In this document: piece after piece, positions 52,578 to 64,000 of the stretch
How the letters are laid out: each line of letters begins with the position of its first letter
Position numbering within the stretch: position 1 is the first letter of the stretch
Source: Octopus sinensis
Lineage: Eukaryota
Reading direction: 5' to 3'
Assembly: GCF_006345805.1 (NCBI RefSeq)
Contig: NC_043000.1
Coordinates: 80,972,001-81,036,000, forward strand
Length of the DNA stretch: 64,000 nucleotides
Translations under genes and position numbers: made by a program
Notes under the pieces: model-generated
Databases searched by the model: none
What the model saw: only the letters and a program-made list of their open reading frames with translations
Told to the model about the DNA's origin: nothing

Positions 52578-53435
52578 GCTTCTAAACATTCTAAAGCTGA
52601 TATAAATAGAAAGGAAATCATTGGTATCATACCACTATCAACACCCCTATCACCATCAACATCTTCTTGATCATCACCATTTTGTTGTTGTCATCATCAT
52701 CATCACCATCATCATTATTATCATTATTTTTGTTGTTGTTGTCATACATGTGTATGTATCATGTATTCTCTGCATAGTGTTATTTTACTGTATATATATA
52801 TACCATGGAGATTTTGTGGAGAAAGACTTTGTTGTGTGTGTATGCATGTATTATATTTGTTTCATTTTTCTTCCTTTTTTTTTTTTTGCAAGATACTTGA
52901 TGTGAAATTACTTTTTAAAGAGATGTTGTACATTGGGAAACCCATTTTATCCAAAAAATCACATGCACTGGTTGTACTTCACTTGTTTTTATTAGTCAAC
53001 TAGCAGAAATATTAACTCATTAGCTAATCAATTGTTTAACCAATCATTTGGTCATTCAGTCAGTTTGCCAGAGCCCTGTGATGCTACATTTGCAGCTTTC
53101 TATACCATGTTTTCTCCACAAAGACATGTTACTGTGTTTGTGTGTGTGTGTGTATGTATGTGTGTATTTGTACACATGCACACACACACACACACACACT
53201 ATTTAGTCTTTGCATACAGCTTCCACTGTGTGGAATCATTCAGTTCTGATTGCACTGCCACTTATAGTGGAACCAACTGTATGCTAATGAGGTGGACTAT
53301 GTAATTCCTCTTCTCTTGTCATTTAAAAAATTTTATATTTATACACACACACATCGATATTCAAATGATATATATATATATATATATGTACATACATACA
53401 TACACACACACACATTTATATACACATACATACAT

Positions 53436-53499
<64 letters not shown>

Positions 53500-53535
53500 G
53501 TATATGTATATACATAAAAAAACACATGCATGAGG

Positions 53536-53776
53536 TTATTTTTACAGTCGATTATACAACATATTTGATTTAAATACATCCACCGCACGTTTCTGCTGTA
53601 TAAACATCTCACAATTGCATTTGTATCCAGTTACTTTTGACTGGTTATAAGTCTATGCAACTTTATTCAAGGTCCAAGTAATTGGATACAAATGTGATTT
53701 CAAGGTGTTTGATCAGTGAAAGCATGCATAGGACACATTTAAATCAAATATGTTCTATAATTGACTATAGAAATAA
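53536..53776. repeat. Old foldback element: about 105-bp arms, 30-bp spacer
   Basis: 53536-53641 versus the reverse complement of 53672-53776, roughly 75% identical. Confidence 0.8.
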
Positions 53777-54581
53777 AAACTATGCTTATGTACTAATCTC
53801 CATGTACATTGTAATTGTCTTATACACACACACTGTATGGTTCCTGCAGAGACACACTCCACAGTTTATATACCATATTCCATGATATATTTACAGACAT
53901 AGATTATACCTTGCTTACTAAATATTCTAATGCCAAAATTATTATTTATTCTGCTCTTTTAATCTGCAGTTTAATAGGCAAAGCTAACCTCAGTTGAATA
54001 AGTATTAGTCCTTCCATAACCTCTTTCTCATCAGTTATAAAAGAAAGGAATAAAATACAAAGAATGAATGAATAGATATATAAATAATTTTTTAAATTCA
54101 TAATAAAAAGGGTACAGCTTTTTTTATTTTAATTTTCATTTTATCTGACATCTATATAAAACAAGGCTTTTTGAATATAGAATTAGTTTCTTTTTCTGCC
54201 CCATAGGCACCAAAACACTTTATGCCTACAGTAACAAACGTAGTTCAGATGCAAAGAGCAACAAATATAAATGAAATAATTAGAAAAATTACAACAACAG
54301 CAAAAACAACAACAACTAAAAGAAAATAAAAGCCAAAATATCTATTATTACCAATTATATTGTGTTTCAACTTCACTATTTTCTCTAATGTTTTATTACA
54401 ATTGCTTTTCTTGAAAGTGACTGTTTAAGTGCAGGGTGTTGTGTACTTATATGCATGTGCATGCACTCACACACACATACATGCTGAGAGGGTGAGAGAA
54501 AGTGAAAGAGAGATGATAAAATGAAAGATATCACACACACAGAAATACACACACTCACACACACACACAGAAATACACACA

Positions 54582-54625
<44 letters not shown>

Positions 54626-55420
54626 TGCGCACAAACATCTGTGTATCTGTGTGTGTTGTACATATGTATGTACTTAAATACAGAGAAAGAGGTGGGCTAA
54701 GAGTATATATTTGATTTATAATGAGAGTGCAAAAGACGGCAAAATGTGAACAATTAAAGCAGTAACAAGCAGAAAACATTGATTACTTAAGGCAAACAAC
54801 TGTAACTTTAATGAAATAATAAATATTACTTTCTCCTTCTTCTGTGTAAAAGCAAGAGAGGGAGTGAGAGTTGTGAATGGAAAAGCAAAGATGAAGAGAG
54901 GGAGAAGGAAAAAAGAAAGTATCACATGACTTTTCTTCTCTTGTCTTTTTGGCTGTTATCTTTAAATAAATATTTCTGTTATATTAAATAAACTGTCAGA
55001 ATGAAATTTAAAATTTAGTTAAAATAATGAAATTACCAGATTTGTTTCCGGTAGATTTTTATTCCACACAAGATATTTTTTCTTATTCTTGTGTCTTTTT
55101 CAAATATACATTTTCTTTTTTTACATTCATTTTTTATCTAGCTATTTATTCATTCATTATTATCATTATCATTATTAAGGTAGCAAGCTTGCAGAATTCT
55201 TAGCTCACCAGACAAAATTCATAGTGGCATTTTGTCCATCTTTACATTCTGAGTTGCAATTCAGTGAAAATCGATTTTGCCTTTCATTGTTTTGGGATCA
55301 ATAAAATAAGTACCAGTTGAACACTGGGGTCAATGTAATCAACTTGTTCCCTTCCCTGAAATTGCTGGCCTTATGCCAAAATTTGAAATCATTATTATAA
55401 TTATAATTATTATAATTATA

Positions 55421-55475
<55 letters not shown>

Positions 55476-55499
55476 TATTATTATTATTATTGTTATTCC

Positions 55500-57500
55500 T
55501 TCATTACACAGTGTAGGTAAAAATGCACCTGTGTCTTTAGTCATCTGTCAAGTCACAACAAGGACCTCAGACTGATAATACTCTCTTTAAGATGTGCTCT
55601 GTGCCCAATAAGACTACTTTTTGCAAGATATCAATCTTGTATGGGATTCCAGTTGCCTTTAAGTTTGGAAGTTTCAATGGGATTGAGCCCAACACTCTGA
55701 TCACCACTGGTATCACTTTTACATTACCCTCTTGCATTCTATACTGTCTTGCCATTTCCACTTACAATTCAGAGTACTTGGTGAATTTTTCAACCTCTTC
55801 ACTCACAACTTTCATGTCATTTGGTATCGCTACATCAATGATCTGACTATTTGTCTCTCTTATTCAATATGACACTATCAGGCTGACGGTGTTCGATTAC
55901 ACGATCCGTATGAAAATCATAGGCCTAGAATATCATTATTTTTCCATCATCCTGCATAACTTTACTTGGTACATGTTCGTACCAGTTCTCTGTTACTTCA
56001 TATTAGCATTTACGGCATAAGAGCCAATGAAGATACACAAACATTTTATTGTGGCGGCGCTTGTATTCTTTTTGTGCAAGGCTTTCACATCCACTTACCA
56101 AGTGGGTCACATTTTCCACACTCTCTCCACAGAGTCTGCATTTCTGGGTGTCAGAAGTTTTATAGATGTTATACTTCTCCGAATTGGTAGCGAGAGTCTG
56201 GATTTGTGCAGCAATGACCAGGCTTTTGGTGGTATAGTTCAAATCACTTCACTCAGGCCATGCCCACGATGCTGTATTATCCTTAAAATATTGTGTACTC
56301 CTTTCAATCTGTCCACGCATTCTCATTTCAAGAAAGTTTTCGTTTTTCTTCTCCTCAGCTCTTTGGTTAGACTCTTCCTTGACCATCATTTCATCTACAT
56401 TTACACCTATATCTTTCGCAGCATATTGCAGCATGTCTTCATCACTATTTATCAAATATTCGGCACGCATTCTCTTTTCACTCCTTATACAATGGTCTAT
56501 ACTAATTAATCCTTTGCCACCGTTCTTTCTTTTCATATACAGTCTGTTTTCATTTGCTTTAGGGTGTAGCGCCCCATGCAGCATCGTCAACTTTCTTGTC
56601 CTTCTATCCAGTGTTGATATTTCCTCCTTAGTCCATTTGAGGATGGATGCACTATATCTGATCACCACAACTGCCAAGATATTCATTGTGGTATTCAAAT
56701 TTTTGACATTCAGGTTGGATTTCAACACCATTTTCATTCTTTTTTGATATGCCTCGCAGACCTTGTCTTTCATTTCTGTGTAGAATGTCATCCAGCTCCA
56801 AAATCCCTAAATATCTATACCCACTACTGTCGGGCTCACCTATGGTAACTGCAATCTTTTGCAGGCTGCTTTCTTCCCTCTTTTCATATTAAGTACTGAG
56901 CATTTGGTAATTCCAAATTCCATACCGATGTCCCTACCACAATTCTAGACTGTTTTGGTTAAGGAATCTATCTGTTTTTCAGATTTCTCAAACAATTTAA
57001 GGTCATCCATAAACAGAAGATGGTTCAAAGTTGGGCCTTTCTTCCCGTATCGGTAACCCATCTTAACTTTCCTAAGTGTCATTGTTATGGGTACTAATGC
57101 AATTACAAAATGTAATGAAGAAAATGAGTCACCTTGGAAGATGACCCTTTTAATATTAACTTCTCCAAGGAATACATTACTTGAGTACAATTTGGTTTTC
57201 CACTCTTTCAGAAAATTTGTGATGTTGTCAGCAACACCGAAAACATCTGCAGGCATTCAACGATCCAAGAATGAGGCATCATATCAAATGCCTTCTTAAA
57301 GTCAATCCAAGCCATAGACATGTTTGTATGATGTTTTTTTCAATTCCTCAAAACTGTTTTATCGATGACCAAGTGATTCTTGGTACCCTGAGAACTCTTC
57401 CTACATCCTTTTTGTTCCCTTGGTAGTATATCTTCCTGTGCCAGGAAAGTGCATGTCTTTGCTGCACATATTCCAGTGAGTATCTTCAACTGAAAACCCT
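55500..57500 (-). pseudogene. R4/Dong-type LINE, about 2 kb, decayed RT + CCHC + RLE, (TAA)n at the 3' side
   Basis: EQKGCRK...HLVIDK; MAWIDFKKAFD; IFQGDSFS; LNHLLFMDDLKLF; CRLCGESVENVTHLVSGC...YKRRHN; IIDVAIP; VIPVVIRVLG. Confidence 0.9.
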
Positions 57501-60500
57501 CCCTCCACAAAATTATTGACATTTGGGAGAATGACATTGATAATTTTGGACCCATGACTCGGCTAAACACATTTCAATATTTCCTCATAAGTGTTAACAA
57601 TGAGGTTGATGCTTGTTGGTGATGGACAGGCATGCACCATCTCAAACAGATTTATCCACAACAACCTTCATCTCATGTAACACATCATAGAGAGCAGGGT
57701 ATGTGGGGGTCTTTATCAGCATGGAGCAATCAAAAGTTTAATACTTAGCACCTATCCTCACAGTAGACGGTTTTAGTTCCATGTTCCATGGTTGCATCAC
57801 TGAAATCTGCAGAAATGTATCTGTTTTCAGTCCTTTCACCAGTAAACATTTGTTATTATTTAACTCTTGACAACTGTAATAGATTCTCGGCCAGCCAGCC
57901 TACTATGTAAAATATGGTTATAAAAGAAATGCTATTCTTTATTTACACAGATATATGTCTATGCATGTGCACATGCACATATACATATGTATGCATATCT
58001 AGGAACATGGATAGATAGATAGGCAGACAGACAAAAGACAGACAGTCAGACAAAAGACAGACAGTCAGACAGACAAAAAGCTATTTCCAAAACATGCTTT
58101 ATGTCTTTGATCTTTATTGGGTTGATTTCCTATCCAGGAGAAACTTTGATTTGTATCTACACCATGAAACAGGAGCTAATTCTCTGATGTTGTTGTTTAA
58201 CCCCTGATCAACCTTGATTCAAGGAGACAAAAGATCAAAGATGCAGTCATGATCGTCCATCTTGACTTGGTATCTAAGATCATAATGTTTGTGTCTTCTA
58301 TTGATTCAGGTAGCAAGGTGTCATATCAGAGAATTTGGTTGCTGTTTCTAAAATGTCATGCACAAATCAGTGGTTGTTCTCTTTTTGATCATGGACCCAA
58401 ATGTTGAGGAAATATTCTTTTCTTGAAATAATCATTAAAAAATGTAAAATATAGGTGCAAGTGTGGCTGTGTAGTAAGCAGCTTGCTTCCCAACCACATG
58501 GTTTTGAGTTCAGTCTCACTGCATGGCACCTTAGGCAAGTGTCTTCTTCTATAGCCTCAGGCTGACCAAAGCCTTGTGAGTGGATTTGGTTGATGAACAC
58601 TGAAAGAAGCTTGTTGTGTATATATATATATATATACATTTACATACATTTATGTGTGTGAGTGTGTCTGCATTTGTCCCCCCATCACCACTTAACAACT
58701 GGTGTTGGTTTGTTTATATCTCCATAACTTAGCAGTTTGGCAAAAGGGTCCAATAGAACAAGTAGTAGGCTTTAAAAAAGTAAATCTTGAGGTTGATTTG
58801 TTGGACTAAAATCCTTCAAGGTGGTGCTCCAGCATGGCCACAGTTAAACGACTGAAACAAGTAAAACAATTAAAAAAAATATCCTTCAATATGATATACA
58901 AAACAAGGTGGCAAGCTGGCAGAATCATTACCAAGCTGGGCAAAATGCCCAGTGATATTTCTTTGGACTTTACGTTCTGAGTTCAGATGCCACTGGTGTC
59001 AACTTTGCCTTTCATCCTTTCAGGGTCAATGAAATAAGTACCAGTTGAACACTGGGATTGATGTAATCCCCTCCCCAGAACTTGCTGGCCTTGTGCCAAA
59101 ATTTGAAACCAACATAACATACAATAACTAGTAAACAGGCATGCATAATGACCACAACAACAAAATCTACTGCAAACATCAAAATTTTGTTGTTGTTTGC
59201 ATTAAGAAAAGTATCAAATGTTAAGTGTACCTCCATTGGAATATATTAAAAGTTGGTAGGGAAGACTGTCATAGATGACTATTGATTTGTGAAAATAGGT
59301 CACAATGGTAAAAGTTTTGGAACTGATGTTCCTTCATTGACTCAACAAGTTCTTATAAATCCCTTAGGCTGTTTTCAATATTCAAACTTTTTTTACAAAT
59401 ACATTATCAACTTTGATGCTAGGCCTGACCTCCCACCCTCTAACTGGCTATTCAGATGTTCTGTACTCAATGAACTAAACCAACTCAATGAAACACATAA
59501 CCTTCTTATTGTTTATCTTCTCATGTATCTTCCCTCTTATATCTCTGTGCAACACACAAACACAATCTATTTATCTTCAGCTAACATTTCGATTGTTGTG
59601 TAAGGTTATTGTGTTCAACCGATTGTATTTACCACCACTGTCAATGATCAGCTGTTCTTTTCATCTCCCATCTACATTATCTCTAGAGTTGTCCAAAATG
59701 TTGCTGTTTTAGAGACTAATGCACCATTTAAGATGATAAAATCATTGATGTGCAGATGTGCATAATTACAAAAAGAAGAAGATTCTGTTAAAGGTGCAGT
59801 AATAGTGAACTTGCATTGAGATGTTTTTCACTCTCCAAGGAAATGGCTGTGTCGTTAAGAAATTCAATTCATAACGATGTGTTTATGAGTTTGATCTCAC
59901 AGCTTGGCACTTTAACTGTCCTCTACTGTAGCTTTGATTATACCCTTGGGACTGTATTTTATTATGCAGAAACAGTACAGAAGTTTGTCGTATAGATGGA
60001 TGGATGGATGAATGGATGGATGGAAATAGATGGATGGATGGATGGATGGACTGGTGAGTAGGTGGTTAGATGGATGGATGGATGGATGGATGGACAGATG
60101 GGTGGATGGGTGCATGGATGGAAGATGGATGGATGGATGAATGTATGTATGTATTTATATATGTATATTTGTATATATGTTTATATATCATAAAAATCTA
60201 TCTATTTATCTATCTATCTATACACACACACTCACACACATATATGTATACATATATACATTAAAAGTAATTAAGTTTATAGCCAGTCATAGAGTGACCC
60301 ATGGTTTTGCACCTACAAAGGCCTTTACCTCGTGAATGTCTTGTCAGACTCTAAAACTGGCTTTTGAGTTTGATGAGACATCCATGAGGTTAAGGCCATT
60401 GTGGATGTGAAACCATTGGTCATTCTATGACTAGACATAACCTTAATTACTTCTAATACATTACTGCTCTATGCCTTAGACTGTACTTCTTTCCAGGTAT

Positions 60501-60542
60501 GACTCATTGACGCAATATATATATATATATATACATATATAT

Positions 60543-61510
60543 AAGCATCAGTTGTGGTGTGCAAGAGAGACGATTGCGCTGGTGTGGTCATGTGGCAAGA
60601 ATGGATGAAGATAGGTGTGTGAGAAAGTGCCAATCCCTAGCAGTTGAGGGAACCCGTGGAAGAGGTAGATCCAGGAAAACCTGGGACGAGGTGGTGAAGC
60701 ACGACCTTCGAACTTTAGGCCTCACTGAGGAAATGACCAGAGACCGAGACCTTTGGAAATATTCTGTACGTGAGAAGACCAGGCAGGACAAGTGAGCCCA
60801 GCCCACTTATGAATGCCTTTCCTCCCTTGAGGCAAGCGAAGTCGATATAGAACCTCATCCGACGACAGACACCCATGCCAACCCCCCATGCTTGCGAAGA
60901 CATGTTGGGGCAAGCGAAATCGAAATTGAAACCGAATTGAACCAGCCAGGATCCCTGGCCTGGTGGTACGTAAAAAGCACTATCCGACTCGTGGCCGTGG
61001 CACGTAAAATACTCCAATGCGACCGTACGACAGGCACCCATACCAACCCCCTTTGCTTGTGAAGACATGTTGGGGCAAGCGAAATCGAAATCGAATTGAA
61101 CCAGCCAGGATCCCTGGTCTGGTGGTACGTAAAAAGCACTATCCGACTCATGGCCGTGGCACGTAAAATACTCCAATGCGACCGTACGACAGGCACCCAT
61201 GCACTATCCGACTCGTGGCCGATGCCAGCACCGCCTCGACTGGCTTCCGTGCCGGTGGCACATAAAATACACCAATCTGACCGTGGCCGTTGCCAGCCCC
61301 GCCTGGCACCTGTGCAGGTGGCACGTAAAAAGCACCCACTACACTCACGGAGTGGTTGGCGTTAGGAAGGTCATCCAGCTGTAGAAACATTGCCAGATTA
61401 GACTGGAGCCTGGTGCAGCCTTCTGGCTTCCCAGAACCCCGGTCGAACCGTCCAACCCATGCTAGCATGGAGAACGGACGTTAAACGACGATGATGATGA
61501 TGATGATGAT
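60543..61510 (+). mobile_element. RTE LINE 3' fragment, same ORF family as 18001, inserted in (TA)n
   Basis: QERRLRWCGHVARMDEDRCVRKCQSLAVEGTRGRGR...REKTRQD matches the end of the 18001 ORF. Same terminal hairpin and (GAT)n tail. (TA)n on both flanks. Confidence 0.95.
60862..61200 (+). repeat. Tandem duplication in the RTE 3' UTR (165 and 159 bp units)
   Basis: ACGACAG(A/G)CACCCAT recurs at 60862, 61027 and 61186. Confidence 0.9.
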
Positions 61511-61520
61511 ATATATATAT

Positions 61521-61611
<91 letters not shown>

Positions 61612-63541
61612 ACACACGCACAATAGGGATAAATCATCCAGGTGAGTACAATAAGAACTCTCAGGTATTGTCCAGGTTCCAGTTAACCACATCAAGCAGT
61701 ATGAAGTACTAACAAATTATATTGTATAATTAGCTGTTAATCTAAAAGAAAAATTTGAAGTTGTACCAGTCTCTGTATTCTTTGTAATTGTTTTGGATTT
61801 ACAGACCCACTTTTGTATATATGCAGCGTAAAAATTTAGAAACTTTGAGACATGAAATAATAGTATTTTCTGATGGTGAAACTCTAGGTAAGTAGTAAGT
61901 AGTATTGGGTCAAAAACCTTTGGATAGAAAAATGTCTGGAAGCAGTGCCCCAGTATGGCCCCAGTCTAAATGAATGAAATCAGTGATTAAAAGAATTAGT
62001 TTTACTCTCATTTGTCGTTGTTGTTTAGTTGAAGGTCAGTTCTGATCTAGAAGATCTAAGATCAAAGGCATTTTGGCCATGACCATGTTGTGTATTATTA
62101 TATGTCAAGGTGTTGTGGCGAGAGTCATTGACATCCCTATGGGATTGGAAGAATGTACTAGCCAAGCTCTTATATAAGTAGCATATTGGTTGAGAAAGGA
62201 GAGTCATAGGAGAGTTCATGGAAGTTATAGAAAGTCGTTGAGATCATTGAGAGGTTGAATTTATTGGAGTACTGTGCTTAGTGGAGTGATTAGAAGTATG
62301 TGGTGTGAAGGGAGTTGTGCCTATCCCTGCTTCATGAAATATTTATATCCAAAATATAAGAAGGATATAAAACAAGGATTACATTTTCAGATAGATATGT
62401 TCTCTTTTTATAAGACTGTATGATTTGAAGAAGTTTTAGCTACTATTTTTAACAGGATAAATAGCTATATAGAGATTCATTCATTACACTGATCATGTTG
62501 TTGTTGTGTTTTTACCCCAGACTAGCACTGGTCAAATTAGCATATGGCCAAAGCATTTCAGCAATGACCATTCCATCCTTTTTCTAGGCACAGTTTTTCA
62601 AGGACTACATTATTCAACGTGTCCTTCTTTTCTGATTCAGTATATTATGATCTTAGGGAAATTTCACTGACTACAACCTCAGAATGCTGAATCTTTCAGA
62701 TGAGAGGCTAAGGACCATGATATCTGGCACCTTATCCTCCACAGCACCCTTGATGAAGCAGATTGGCCTGCAGGAGTCCTGTGCTGGTGCCACATAAAAA
62801 GCACTCATGTAGGGACCACATAGAAGTGCTCAAGCTGGTGTCACATTAAAGAACCCAGTACACACACTGTAAAGAGATTGGCATTAGGAAGGCTATCAAG
62901 CCATAGAAACTAAGCTAAATCAGACTGGAACCTGGTACAGCTCTTAAGCTTGCCAGCTCTGGTTAAACCATCCAACCCATGCCAGGATGGAAAATGTATG
63001 TTAAAAAATGATGATAGTGAAGATTCCTAGCAGGTTAAATGACAACATAAAATCTTTTTCATGGCCCATTGCTGACTTATGTACATCTGTCTCCCTTTGT
63101 TTTACTTCTAATTTGCTTAAGAACTGTTTAAAACTTTTGCAGTGCAGACATACCACAATAACAGAGGCTTATATTTAGTTCTAACAATGTTGTCATTTTA
63201 AAGTCAAACTACAGAGAACAGACCTATAATCAAAGACATTCCAGCGATGACCATCTCAACTTTCATTCAGATAATGTAACCTAAAACTATGTAGTCTAAT
63301 GTAGTCTAATAATGTTTAATATGAGGTAAATTTGGCAGCTGTTTTTAGCAGGTCGTGTGACTATGTAGAAGCCCCTTCATTGGGTTTATCCTCATGTAAA
63401 ATCAAAAAAAGAGTCTTTTTGGTTCTATATTGATGTAATATATACACACAGACACATATATATGTGAATGCACTTGCACACACACACATATATATATGTG
63501 TGTGTGTGTGTCATGGGAGATTAGATCCAAAGAGGGCAATA

Positions 63542-63997
63542 AAAGATCAGTTGAGGAATATTTATAATGGTCATGATATATGCTGGTAAATATCAGAGAG
63601 TAGATAAATCTGGTCATTGTAGGTAGGATTCAAAGCTAGATGAGAAGAAGGAAGAATGTGTGCTGGTGGTCTCTCAAAGTTGTTTCAAGAAATGGAGCAC
63701 AGATGGGGCATTTAGTACACTTCCTACACTCTTCCTCTAGTGATTGAAGAAATTTCCATTAAAATGTTGGCTGTCAACTACTTTCAGAGAAATGCATCAA
63801 ATGCGAATCTATTCTTGGAACAGCTGTAAGGGACTATTTTCACACTTTTCTTCTTTGCATCCAGCTTTGTATTTTACTTACAACAGTCAGCTTTACCTAG
63901 TACCTAATGTCAATAATTTGAAGTTACTGTATAACTCTTTTCTGAGAGAATACCAGCATGTATCATAACCATTATGAACACTCCTCAACTGATCTTG
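63542..63997. mobile_element. MITE with about 47-bp TIRs and TA TSD (Tc1/mariner type)
   Basis: AAGATCAGTTGAGGA...ATGCTGGTA (63543-63588) versus the reverse complement of 63951-63996, 5 mismatches. TA at 63540-63541 and 63998-63999. Confidence 0.8.
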
Positions 63998-64000
63998 TAT

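Noticed and set aside
60715-61200. 161-aa ORF with an internal duplication
   Set aside because: It is an antisense reading of the duplicated RTE 3' UTR.

Overview
This 64 kb window is AT-rich eukaryotic DNA made almost entirely of transposons and microsatellites. I could not identify any host-gene exon. The repeat families (an RTE LINE with a (GAT)n tail, several tRNA-derived SINEs, R4/Dong-type LINE fragments) resemble those I recall from octopod cephalopod genomes; that taxonomic call is inference. Best-supported features: (1) a complete 4.5 kb Ty3/Gypsy LTR retrotransposon at 9835-14370 (-), with 237/238-identical LTRs, an AAGAT target-site duplication, PBS and PPT, whose gag-pol is split by about six frameshifts but no in-frame stops; (2) two young RTE copies (17369-19999 -, 60543-61510 +) with near-identical ORF ends but differently assembled, modular 3' UTRs; (3) about eight R4/Dong-type (restriction-like endonuclease) fragments, several of them next to (TAA)n tracts; (4) a Penelope-like GIY-YIG fragment and three decayed hammerhead-ribozyme cores; (5) an internally deleted Helitron with both putative termini; (6) Tc1/mariner remnants and six inverted-repeat elements; (7) dozens of SINE and LINE-tail copies. 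Most short ORFs in the supplied track are translations of microsatellites or antisense strands. I found no convincing novel multi-gene system. The findings concern mobile-element architecture, targeting and ribozyme relics. All alignments and counts were made by eye.
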